A stretch of DNA of 64,000 nt, from the NCBI GenBank assembly GCA_002269645.1, contig NIVC01002405.1:113448-177447 (forward strand). The letters are read 5' to 3'. Positions 12,041 through 23,537 of this stretch are shown here, piece after piece. The notes beneath the pieces are model-generated. The model was not told the origin of the DNA, searched no databases, and saw only the letters and a list, made by a program, of their open reading frames with translations. The translations under genes and the position numbers were made by a program. How positions within the stretch are numbered: position 1 is the stretch's first letter; every line of letters begins with the position of its first letter. Source of the stretch: Macrostomum lignano (Eukaryota).

Positions 12041-15000
12041 TCAGGCAAAGTACATCACCCGCATGGTCTCCGGGTGCACCGTGACCGCCCGCAGCATTGC
12101 CGTGGGGGTCCGCTCGTCAGAGTTGCCGCTCTTCTGCGAGCCCTCGCCCGAGTCGATCTCCTTCTCAACCAGGTGGTAGCGAGCTCGAAAGGCCACCAGG
12201 TGAGCATAGTAGGCTGGGGCCGGGATGCTCACGGAGCGGGTGCAGCGGACGTAGGTGTGGCACAGCTGGTACGTCAGCACCTGCAGCTCGTCAGCCGTGA
12301 ACCGGTTATCGTCCCACAGCACGTGATAGTGCGAGGGTCGGCTCGTGCCCTGCGGAGCGGATCGGGCGACTCTCAGTGAGACTGAAGGGCGACTCTCAGT
12401 GAGACTGGAGGGCGACTCTCAGTGAGACTGGAGGGCGACTCTCAGTGAGACTGGAGGGCGACTCTCAGTGAGACTGGAGGGCGACTCTCAGTGAGACTGG
12501 AGGGCGACTCTCAGTGAGACTGGAGGGCGACTCTCAGTGAGACTGGAGGGCGACTCTCAGTGAGATACTGGAGGGCGACTCTCAGTGAGACTGGAGGACG
12601 ACTCTCAGTGAGAGACTGGAGGGCGACTCTCAGTGAGAGACTGGAGGGCGACTCTCAGTGAGACTGGAGGGCGACTCTCAGTGAGAGACTGGAGGGCGAC
12701 TCTCAGTGAGACTGGAGGGCGACTCTCAGTGAGAGACTGGAGGGCGACTCTCAGTGAGAGACTGGAGGGCGACTCTCAGTGAGACTGGAGGGCGACTCTC
12801 AGTGAGAGACTGGAGGGCGACTCTCAGTGAGACTGGAGGGCGACTCTCAGTGAGACTGGAGGGCGACTCTCAGTGAGACTGGAGGGCGACTCTCAGTGAG
12901 ACTGGAGGGCGACTCTCAGTGAGAGACTGGAGGGCGACTCTCAGTGAGAGACTGGAGGGCGACTCTCAGTGAGAGACTGGAGGGCTAAGCTATCCAAAGC
13001 TAGACTCACCTGAATGCCAGCGTGGCTGCACAGGTAGAAATCGAACTCGGTGGGATGCGTGATGGTCTGATCCACCGTGGTGCCGGCCGGGATGTTGCCG
13101 CTGCGGCCCATTCGGTCTTTGGTGTCGGCGCAGAACAGGCGGGTGTGGTGGCGCTTCTGCACCACAACAAAGGTGATGCCGGGCTGGTAGCCCATCTCCA
13201 GGCGGGTGCAGGCCTCCCGGATGGCGCGCAGCTCGTGGGACTGGACCACCTGACGAGGGTGGTGATGACGTGTGCAGATGGTTGCGGGAAGGCATTTTGG
13301 GACTGTGGCTATTCTAACCCTGGGTTTCCAGCAGGCAACCGGGGTTTCCAAAAGTCATCCAGGGTTTCCAGCAGGCGACCGGGGTTTCCAAAAGTCATCC
13401 AGGGTTTCCAGCAGGCGACCGGGGTTTCCAAAAGTCATCCAGGGTTTCCAGCAGACAACTGGGGTTTCCAAAAGACATCCAGGGTTTTCAGCAGGCGACC
13501 GGGGTTTCCAGCAGGCGACCGGGGTTTCCAAAAGACATCAGGGTTTCCAGCAGGCTTCCAGTGTCGCAAACATATTTTTCAGTCATGTCAGATAACAAAA
13601 ATCTACCTGGATTCAGACGCATGCCTACAAGATTGCAGACTTTTAAGCCCAGGTAAAATGCTCACCTGGAACTGGCCCTCGCTCACTCCGTCCCTGTAGT
13701 ACACAATCCTGGTCGGCTTGAACCGGGTGCTCCTATAGAAGTGCAGCAGCAGTTCGCGGACCATGGCGGTCAGCTCGGTGATTTTCTCTTCCCGATGGCC
13801 CTGAACTCGGACAGTGGCCGCGTACCGGCTGGGGTGGGCGTCCATGCTGGCCACCACAGCTGCGATGGACGGCTTGGAGCGGTCGCCGGCCGGCGGGTGG
13901 GTCACGTCGCCGCCCATGAAGATGACGGGCTCGCGGAAGACGCCCGGACGAACGCCCGGCACCAGGATGGAGTTGATGCCGCCTAGTTTGACGTTGATCT
14001 TCAGGCAGAGATTGCTGAGCGTCTGCGGCGAAGTCTTGATCACGTTCTTAGCCTGCACGCACTGAGTGGCCAAGCCGAACAGGATGTCGCCCACTCGCTT
14101 GACCTCGGCGTACACCTGGTGATTTGCCCCCACCATGTGTCAGAGAGCATTTATTTAGATTAGCGATTCTACGACTCCAGCCCAGCAGGACTCATGCACA
14201 CGCTCCCAGAGGGTGTACAGCGACCCTGACTTTCTAATCGTCATTAAACCTGTCCTAATGGCAGAAGTGCAACCGACAGCTCAGCCGCAGCTATTGCATG
14301 GCGCATCTGAAGACTGCGTGTGGCTGTTCAGTCCAACGACTGGGGGGTCGCCACACCCTCAATTACCCCAGCTAATTCTGGTGCAAGACCTTTACAGCTG
14401 GGTGAACTGAAGCAATGCAGAGTTAAGTGTCTTGCTCAAGGACACAAATTGTTCCGACTGGGTCGAGAATCGAAACCCCCACCTCTAACCACTAGGCTAC
14501 AATGGAGGTTGGCAACTAAACCTATCACAAATGGGTGAACTCTGGGAGCACAACTTGCGATCATCTAGACAGGGCATTAATGAGATCTAATAGGAATCTT
14601 CAAATGTTTGTCAGAAACCCATAAATTCTACTCACCGGCGTCTTGCCCGGCAGCACCACCACAATGAGCTGCAGGCCGTGAAAGTTGTTCTTCAGGTAGC
14701 GGAACATTGGCTCCACCTGGTCCTGGCCGTTGGCGTACTTGCAGAAGCAGGGCTGGCCGGTGATGGCCATGCCGGCATCCTGGCTGATCTTCTGCAGCTG
14801 CTGGGTGAACTGCCTCAGCGAGTCCTCGCGCACTGTGCGCTGCGGAGCGAAGCAGGCGATGGCCCACACTTTGATCTCGATGCCGGCAAAGAACTGCTTG
14901 CCGCGCATGTCCCAGACCCCCTGCTGCGGCAGCGCCTGCGCCTTGGACCGGCCGCCGTATTGGATCTTGGGAGCCGGCAGCACCCGGCCTCCGATATCTG

Positions 15001-18000
15001 CCATGCGAGTTTGCACCTGCGAGCGGGCGGCGGCATTGAGAAATGGAGAGTCAATTCATTGCAATTAGAATATTGACTGGAAAATTCCACTATAATGACA
15101 CGAAATCTCAATGCAAACAGGAGATTCCACAATCCTGACAGGAATTCCAACAACCCTGACAGGAATTCCCACAACCCTGACAGGAATTCCCACAACCCTG
15201 ACAGGAATTCCCACAACCCTGACAGGTATTCCCATAACCCTGACAGGAATTCCCACAACCCTGAAAGGAAACCCCATAACCCTGACAGGAATTCCCACAA
15301 CCCTGACAGGAATTCCCACAACCGACAGGAGACCCAACAACCCTGACAGGAATTCCCACAACCCTGACAGGAATTCCAACAACACTGACAGGAATTCCCA
15401 CAACCCTGACAGGAATTCCCACAACACTGACAGGAATTCCCACAACCGACAGGAGACCCAACAACCCTGACAGGAATTCCCACAACCCTGACAGGAATTC
15501 CAACAACCCTGAAAGGAAATCCCATAACCCTGACAGGAATTCCCATAACCCTGACAGGAATTCCCACAATCCTGACAGGAATTCCCACAACCCTGAAAGG
15601 AAATCCCATAACCCTGACAGGAATTCCCACAACACTGACAGGAAATCCCATAACCCTGACAGGAATTCCCACAACACTGACAGGAAATCCCATAACCCTG
15701 ACAGGAATTCCCACAACACTGACAGGAAATCCGATAACCCTGACAGGAATTCCTTCAACACTGACAGGAAATCCGATAACCCTGACAGGAATTCCCACAA
15801 CACTGACAGGAAATCTGATAACCCTGATAGGAATTCCCACAACCCTGACAGGAATTCCCACAATCCTGACAGGAATTCCCACAACCCTGAAAGGAAATCC
15901 CATAACCCTGACAGGAATTTCCACAACACTGACAGGAAATCCCATAATCCTGACATAAATCGCATAAAACTGACAGAAAAGTCTCCAACTTTTGATAAAT
16001 AATTCAATAATCTGTCCTATCCTGGCTAGACTTGCTTCTTTTTCTAGGAATACTCGTAAGAAACCAGAAAGTTACATTAAGCAGTCCTAATGTGTTTCGG
16101 TTGAATGTGCTCAAGTAAAACAGCATTATTAAGCACACGGCAATCCATAAACGCACTCCATAATTCACAAACCTGAATGCCAAAGGTCTGCAGGTGACTG
16201 TCGTGACTAAAATTGGCCTTCCGCACCAGGTTGTTGATCTCGCGCTCCCGGTCCGGGGCGGACCTGGCCGTGGCCTTGATCATGGTGGACGTCTGCGAGT
16301 CCGTCAGCTTCTTGATGCAGCGCTGGCCGCTGACAATGTTGCACACCTCCAGTGGCAGGTAGGTGTGCTTGTTCTCCAGGCCCACCTGGAAGAATAACAG
16401 CGATACTTATACATATAGTTTATTGTTGTCACAATGGAACAAGTGGTTCATAGAGGCCAGTCACAATGGAACAAGTGATAAAAAAGTCTTACCTGCAGAC
16501 AGGGCAGCATGGGGTACCGCAGCTTCATCTTGTACCGCTCAGCAAAGTACTTGGCCACCGTGCACTCAAGAGTCTGGCCGTTCTCCATCTGCAGCGGGAA
16601 GCTCTGCGTGCTGGCCGAGCGCCTGGTGACGTTGCAGACGCGGTACTTGCGGCGCATCTGGCCGCAGTGGGTGATCTCAATCTTCAGGCCTTTGATCTCC
16701 TTGGTGAACTTCACCCTGTTGCAGTCGCTCAGCGGCTTCTTGTTGTACTCCTCCAGATCACGGATCTGCCGATTACAGAGCGGATTTTGGTAAATTCCTA
16801 CAGCATGCTACTAAAAGCAGCAATGTGAAAATCATACTCGTTAAAAAAATGGAGAATTTTTACCTGAATCTCCAGCACATCGCACAGAAACTCGCAAACT
16901 GTCTGCGCTTTGTAGAACGCGGTGGCGGACACGTCAATGTTGAGCATCATCTTCCAGTGGCTGGGCCGCACGCTCTGGTGGAAGCCGAACCACACCTCCC
17001 GGCCGCTGCCCAGCGGATGGTCGTTCATCTCAGGCGGCTGGAAGAACGACCGGCCAACCGGGGTGTACTGGAGGCTGGGCAGGTGCCTCATCACCACGTC
17101 CAGGGCGTTCACCGCGTCGGCTGGAATGTTCTGGCGTCGGCCTTCAAGGGCCTCCTCGAGAGCGAATAGCGACACTTCGCCCAGGTACTTCATCATCACC
17201 TGGATGAAGGAGAGTTGGGTTGCTAGTCTGGTCTACTCGTACAGGGATGCTGGAATAAAATGGATTGCTAATCTAGCCTATCATGGGTGCAGGAATAGAA
17301 TGGATTGCTAATCTAGCCTATCATGGGTGCAGGAATAGAATGGATTGCTAATCTAGCCTATCATGGATGCAGGAATAGAATGGATTGCTAATCTAGCCTA
17401 TCATGGAGGCAGTAATAGAATGGATTGCTAATCTAGCCTATCATGGATGCAGGAATAGAATGGATTGCTTATCTAGCCTATCATGGATGCAGGAATAGAA
17501 TGGATTGCTAATCTAGCCCGCAGGAAAAGAATCAGCCTCAGTACCTTGAACACGCGGTCCTTGCTGCCCTCGCCGGGCAGGGTGACCTCCAGCTCAAGCC
17601 GGTCGGTTCCAAACGGCAGGGGGTCCCTGGTGTACAAATTCTTGCGACCATCGAACACCGGACGCTGGTTGAAGAAGTACTTCTGATGGTGCATCGAGTT
17701 CACCATGATATCAACAATCTCGCGGTTAATGCGCCTCGGACACTTGTCAGGCATGATTGACACGTCGTAGTGATGCAGGAAGCCCTTGGGTAACTTAATC
17801 TCAAAGTGGTTGGCCCGCAGGCCGATGTGGCGGCCCTCCATGCCGCGGCCCGGCCGCACAGGCGGCTGGAAGATGATGGACGGCGGCGAAGGCTCTCCCG
17901 ACTCGCTGCCGCCGGCGCCGCCGCCTCCGCCGCCGAAGCCGGAGCCACCGCCGGAAGAGCCGGACGTCAGCGGGCCGTTCCCGCCACCACCCATGCTGCC

Positions 18001-20173
18001 GCTGCCGCCAGCTCCGGCGCTGTGGACGCTGCCAGCTCCCGAGGAAGGCGGCTGGGGCGGCAGCTGGTGCTGGAGAGGCCCCATGTTAAAGGGCCCGCCG
18101 CTGCCACTTCCACCTGGCAGCATCAGCGGTGTCTGTGCGCCTGGCACTAATTAGAGGCAAAGGAATGGCAATGTGTAAGCCACCAATAGTTTTCAGGTTA
18201 AACAGAACTATGAAATTAACTAGTTGGGGCTACTCAACTGTCTGATTATTTATATTAATATCTATTTTGCTGGAATAGGCTAGGGGGCTAAAAGAGTAAA
18301 GAAGAGAAAGTAAAAGGAATAGCGAAGAGAGGAGAGAGTTGATAGAAGAGATGAGAGTTGATAGAAGAGATGAGAGAGTTGATAGAAGAGAGGAGAGATG
18401 ATAAATAGGAGATTACAAATTAGAGATGATCAAGAGAAGAGGAGAAAGTAGAGATAGTATTATAATCTAAATCATAATATCTTAAAAAATATAAAATTTT
18501 GTTCTGGAAACTGTAACATGCTTACAGTTATGTGGCACTTTAAATAGTTCTATACACCAATATGCCAATTTTATATACCAAAGTTTATTGTACACCAGTG
18601 CAGTATGTATGCCAAGAAAAAGGGTACAGTTGAAATCATCATATTCAAAATCATCATATGATGATAATGACTTGACCTAATCTGTAAAACTTTAACATTT
18701 AAATATCTTTGCCTGTATTCTAAAATCTAAAGTCATACTAAAACAGAAACTTGTTAATAATAGAGGATAGATGTAAACAAAACTGGAGTAAATTTGTGTA
18801 AAATTAGATTTGAGGCAAGCATTGATCTCATTGGCAGAATGTCAGACAATGTTTGTTGAAAACATGTATTGGCAAACTCTGGCCTCTGCCTCTCTCTATA
18901 TCCCTTAGATCATTCCTCTCTTTTTCCTCTCTTCTCTCTTATTTTTGTCTCTCCTCTCTTCTTGTCTCTTCCTTCTCTTCTTGTCTCTTCACTCTTTTTT
19001 TCCTCCTCGTCTCTGCTCTTTACTCTCTCCCCTATTTGGTCATTTAGGCCCACTTGTACAATTCTTTAGCCCACCCTAGGTTAAAACACCCTGGCTTCCA
19101 CATTGCATTTTCAATACTGTGACATAATTTAAGTCAGTGTCAAAATTTAGCCAGTACACAGACTGAATAAATAAAAGCCTAGTGTGATGCAATCTATTTT
19201 AGAATTAGAATTCAACCAGTCAGTTTTTTTTAGCATTCTTACAATGCATTTTAATTCAAAAGAGCTGCTTGACCTTTGTAAAAAAGCATGTTTTTTAAAT
19301 ATCAAATCCCTTTAGCATCGAGCAATTTCTTTCAATCAAACAATCAAACAAACAAATTTCAATCAAACAATTACATGTACTATCATGGGAAAATTTCTTA
19401 TTGAACAGTGCAAGTCTCGTGAAAATTGGTCAAGCCATCTTTTCTAAAAATGATTATATACCTAGATAGATAGATACTTACTGGCAAACATGCAAACCTT
19501 AGAGATTTAGTATATTTAGATGTCTATATTTGTATACTGTATTGTATTTGTGCTATATTTGGATTTTTATATTATTAAGACTTTATACTAGGCTATAAAA
19601 CTATTTATTTATCACATATTGAAGAATGAGTCAACTTATATAATAAATATTTGAGTCATCTTTCTTGGATATAAAATCTAATAAAATAAAATAGGCCTAA
19701 CATATCTTTAGAAGCTTAAAAATAATTTTATGCATGCTAATCTAATAGCTATATTGCAAATTAGTATCCTAATGATTGAAGTTTAAAAAAATATATTTGC
19801 CTCTAATAATAGAATTATTAAACCATTATAACATGATTTTTCTCATTCCTAGTTTGAACTTAAAGCCTATAGGTTGTCTCTTCCCTGCAAAAATTCTGGA
19901 TCTGTGTCATCTTTGTCATTTGACAAAGATTATTATTAAATCCACTATATGAAACTTTAAAAAATGCAACAAAAGTAGGCCATAGTAAAAGTAAGCATAA
20001 CTAAAAGTGATTTAATTTATATTTGCTGAATAAAAACTAACAAATTTGGGTTGGGCATACTTACTGAAAGACACTGCTCGCTGATTAAAGTCTTGGGCAT
20101 TTTGATAAAGTGCACTATTATTGCCATTGGCATTAGCTGGAAAGAGAGAATTACCACCAAGCATCATGGCCAT
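12041..20173 (-). CDS. AGO: Argonaute, miRNA/AGO-clade, slicer-type (N, PAZ, MID and PIWI domains)
   Basis: Exons (-) 20173-20065, 18146-17545, 17199-16864, 16765-16493, 16385-16173, 15016-14636, 14115-13666, 13249-13010, 12349-12041; total 2913 nt, 970 aa, all GT-AG. Motifs [82 protein letters not shown]. The first exon ([12 protein letters not shown]...) is the least certain. Confidence 0.96.
12365..12985. repeat. 23/25-bp quasi-palindromic minisatellite (GCGACTCTCAGTGAGACTGGAGG), ~26 copies, last AGO intron
   Basis: Direct; period 23 (12366/12389). Confidence 0.96.
13320..13560. repeat. 40-bp minisatellite (GGGGTTTCCAAAAGTCATCCAGGGTTTCCAGCAGGCGACC), ~6 copies, AGO intron
   Basis: Direct; period 40 (13341/13381/13421). 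Confidence 0.92.
14235..14501 (-). mobile_element. tRNA-derived SINE, copy 1, in an AGO intron
   Basis: Minus strand reads GTAGCCTAGTGGTTAGAG (A-box-like), GGTTTCGATTCT (B-box-like), then TGTGTCCTTGAGCAAGACACTTAACTCTGCATTGCTTCAGTTCACCCAGCTGTAAA. It aligns by eye over ~270 bp with 22764-23075. Confidence 0.8.
15125..15965. repeat. 21-bp minisatellite (CCCTGACAGGAATTCCCACAA), ~40 copies, AGO intron
   Basis: Tandem unit read directly. Confidence 0.96.
17258..17518. repeat. 40-bp minisatellite (TGGATTGCTAATCTAGCCTATCATGGATGCAGGAATAGAA), ~6.5 copies, AGO intron 2
   Basis: Direct; period 40. Confidence 0.95.
18280..19079. mobile_element. Possible foldback/MITE-like element in AGO intron 1
   Basis: Left end CTAGGGGGCTAAAAGAG; reverse complement of the right end CTAGGGTGGGCTAAAGAAT. 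A GA-rich left arm (18295-18460) faces a CT-rich right arm (18880-19030). No TSD found. Confidence 0.35.
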
Positions 20174-21555
20174 AGCAAATTTAGAAATCTTTACTTTGAG
20201 TCGGTGTTAATGGGGAACAATTGATTTCAATACAATGATTTTTTAGGACAACAGTGAAAAGTAGGGCCTATGATATAATAATAAAAAAGTAATAATATTT
20301 TTACTATCCACCACCGAACGCGCTGACGACGACGAGGAGAATAAAATTTTTGTTAACTGTAACCAACGTTCAAAAATACATTTTAACTTTGATTTTATTT
20401 AGTTATCAAAAGGGAAAAACTGTGCCTAGGTATGTGAACATTTTGTTTATATGCTAATATTTCACGAATATTAACAAACTACTTTACCCTCACTTATTTC
20501 GAAGGACTGAATATGCGCGTTTCTGTTGTTTAGTTGTTACCGTCACTATTAAAAAGCAAGGTCTTTTAAAATAACTAGTAACAATTATTTATTTTTTAAA
20601 TTATTTATGCTAAGTTTCTAAGCACGATTTGTTCGTGCGTGACTTATTTTTTTCTTGCTTTTCTTGAGTGCTCCACCACGCAAACCTTCACTCCCTAAAC
20701 TGACGTTTAGATGAACTCTTATCTTTCTAGTTAGTAATGTTAGAAATAATTTGATAGCCAATAGACGGATCTATATTCTGAAGACTTGTCGAAACGAGCC
20801 TAATTTGTTAAAATCTTTTTTTTCTAAACCTAACTAAATTTTGATGCAATGTCGATTAAAACATTGCAGTTCAACATAATGATAGCGCAAAGAAATTTTC
20901 GCCAGCCTTTTCGTTCATTGTGTGCATTCAAGTCTAATATAGATACAAATGATAATGTATATAAGGTAGGCTCAAAGGAATTTCACTAGGCCTATATTTT
21001 GCATGTTCTGTAATGTAACTATAAATATAATTAGCCAGCAGTTGGTTCAAAAAGTTGCAAATTTAGAGTTGGTTAATTCTAATAAAAACTCTTAGCCAAG
21101 AAACAAAATCTCTATGCAAAGATATAAAATAAACTATATAATTAGAACTAGGTACTATTAATAATACTAATTAAGAATTTATGGCTTACATTTATTGCTA
21201 TGCTAGATATTTTTGTTTTGAGTAGGAGAGCCTAGTATTTGATAGGCCTAACAAATATAAGTTGATGTAAAACATGAAAATCTAAGTCAATGCTTTATGG
21301 TGGTAATGCTGACAACCTTGAGACTGGCATCATTGGCAGATGCTGCAAGGATTCTGTCATTATGCCAGTTATGCACTAGGTCAACCATAAACAGCTTCTT
21401 CTCTAAAAAGATAATGGTCTATCCAGCACCATGGCCTTTGATCTAGTTGAGCAAATCATGCAACTGCTGCAATTACCACTTGCACCTTAGTGACAAGTTG
21501 CTTTGCAAACCAAGTCCAGATGCAAGTCAGCCTTTACTAGTTTATGCATTGACAT

Positions 21556-22047
21556 CACACTCCGGATCATGTAGTATACGCCTGAAAATTTGGGCATGCA
21601 TTGGCCTTGCATGCCAAAATTAGGCGTGCACAGTTGGCATGCATCACTCCTGAGAAAAAAGTATGCGTGTGCACCTGGCATGCACTTTATAGAATCATGT
21701 GTAAGAGTCATTGTAAAGTAGAAAAAAGATGAAAAAAAGTTCATTTTTAGGCACAAATTTCAAGCTTTTGGGTTTTTTCCAGTTCGTAAAAGAGTATTTA
21801 AACAAATCTTTGCATGTATAAACTTTCCGCTATAAATAGTATTGCCGAATATGCTTTAAAAGCAACAAAATTATCTAATAAGGGTCTATTATGCAATTTA
21901 AAAAAGTCTTTGTCACAACATAAAAAAGGTCATTTATTGTTGCAACACTAGCGTATTTTTGAAAATGGGCATGCACTAATTTTTTGGCGTGCATTTATAA
22001 TTATTTAATTTTTGTTCAGGCATGTACCCAGCATGATCTGGACTATG
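21556..22047. mobile_element. Non-autonomous DNA transposon (MITE), 492 bp, imperfect ~40-bp TIRs and a perfect 10-bp TSD
   Basis: GCATTGACAT occurs at 21546-21555 and 22048-22057. Left end CACACTCCGGATCATGTAGTATACGCCTGAAAA; reverse complement of the right end CATAGTCCAGATCATGCTGGGTACATGCCTGAACAA. Confidence 0.75.
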
Positions 22048-22763
22048 GCATTGACATTGGCATCATTCTATGCTTAGCTGTCAGTTTCCTAATTGACTGC
22101 TAAGGATCAGGGCAAATCTTGGTTTTCTTGATAGCAATTATCTTGGCAATGCAAGTAGATCATAGGAAACCACTCCTTGGCTTATGGCACATATAGCCCT
22201 AGTGCTAGATTGTTGCTTTCACTTTGTAAACTATTGCCAATCAGTACTTAAGTTGTGTATAGATTGTCTTTGGAGGCAGGCTCACATGGAATAGCTTGGT
22301 AGCACTTTGCCGCAAAGCTTGCTGCTTGCTCATAGTCAAAGAAAATAGGAAAAATACTATATTAAAGCCAAAAAGATTTAGAATTCTTTCCTTCATAGAT
22401 GCAAAGATTAATTTGAAATTTTCCAAGAAATTATCCAAAAATTTTTTTTCATTTTATTATACCTAGTAGTAGTAATATAGTACTAAAAAGACTAAAATCT
22501 GGCAAACAGATTTGGCAGCCAACCAAGGTAAGTTGCAAAAATGCCCCACTAAAAGGAATACAGACATAGTACTAATTAGATGATAAGGCATTTCGCCTTA
22601 ATAGGACATGATTGTTACTCCTGCCATTTACCCAAAATTGCATTAATTTTGCTTTACTTTCTTTTTTAAGTAAGTTGCATTTTTGGCCAAAGACTATGTT
22701 GCATTTTTTGTTAAAACTAAGTTGCATGACCAACCAAGTTTTGGAGGTTGCGCATGTATAGGT

Positions 22764-23075
22764 TGTAGCCTAGTAGTGGTTAGAGCATTAGATAGGCCTA
22801 CTAGTATACTTATAACTTGAAGTTTGGAAAGTTCAATTCCCAATCCCACTAAAACAATTTGTGTCATTGAGCAGGACACTTAACTCTGCATTGCTTCAGT
22901 TCACCCAGCTATAAAATAGGTACCAGAATTGTGCCTAGCTATGGTAATTGAGGGTGTGTGGTAACCCCCAGTCTCTAGACTAAATAGCCATCTGTAGTCT
23001 TCCAATATACCACACAGTAGCTACAGCTAAGCTGTCATGTCAATTGTATCTGTCCCAATCAGGGCAGTGTAATTA
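22764..23075 (+). mobile_element. tRNA-derived SINE, copy 2 (more diverged)
   Basis: A-box-like TAGTGGTTAGAGC, B-box-like GTTCAATTCC and the same central GAGCAGGACACTTAACTCTGCATTGCTTCAGTTCACCCAGCT as 14235-14501. Confidence 0.8.
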
Positions 23076-23537
23076 ATTATTATTATTAATATTATCTAGG
23101 GGACAAGAATACCAAAAGCAGTTAAAATATCTAGTTATAAAGTAGAACTGAGCTTGGTTCCAATGGAGGTGGCTGGTGGCACCCTATGCTTATATTTGAT
23201 TTTAACCTATTTCTTTACTGCTCTCTCATTAGCTGAGCTAGATTGGGCCTGTCTCCTAGGCTGAGTTTTGTCCATCTTGCATTCAATTCAAGTGTGCATA
23301 TTGAGTTAAATGCTTATAATTCATTCTTGACCCCATATGCCCCTGTGGCTGCAAACCCCAAGGAAAGAAAGGAACTTTTTTGCTGTCACGTTTAAGTTAC
23401 ATTGTGTAGACAACTGCTGAAAAAAAGAGTGGATTCCGAAATTTTCAAAACTTTAATTGCAACTGACATTATGCCAGTGACATCTGTATATAGTAATAGC
23501 TAGACTATATATTGTGTATTGTTTCTATAATTTTTAG

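Noticed and set aside
20900-23500. Candidate first exon(s) of MCCC2 (for example ATG at 20949, donor at 22528)
   Set aside because: I could not join them in frame into a credible mitochondrial presequence.
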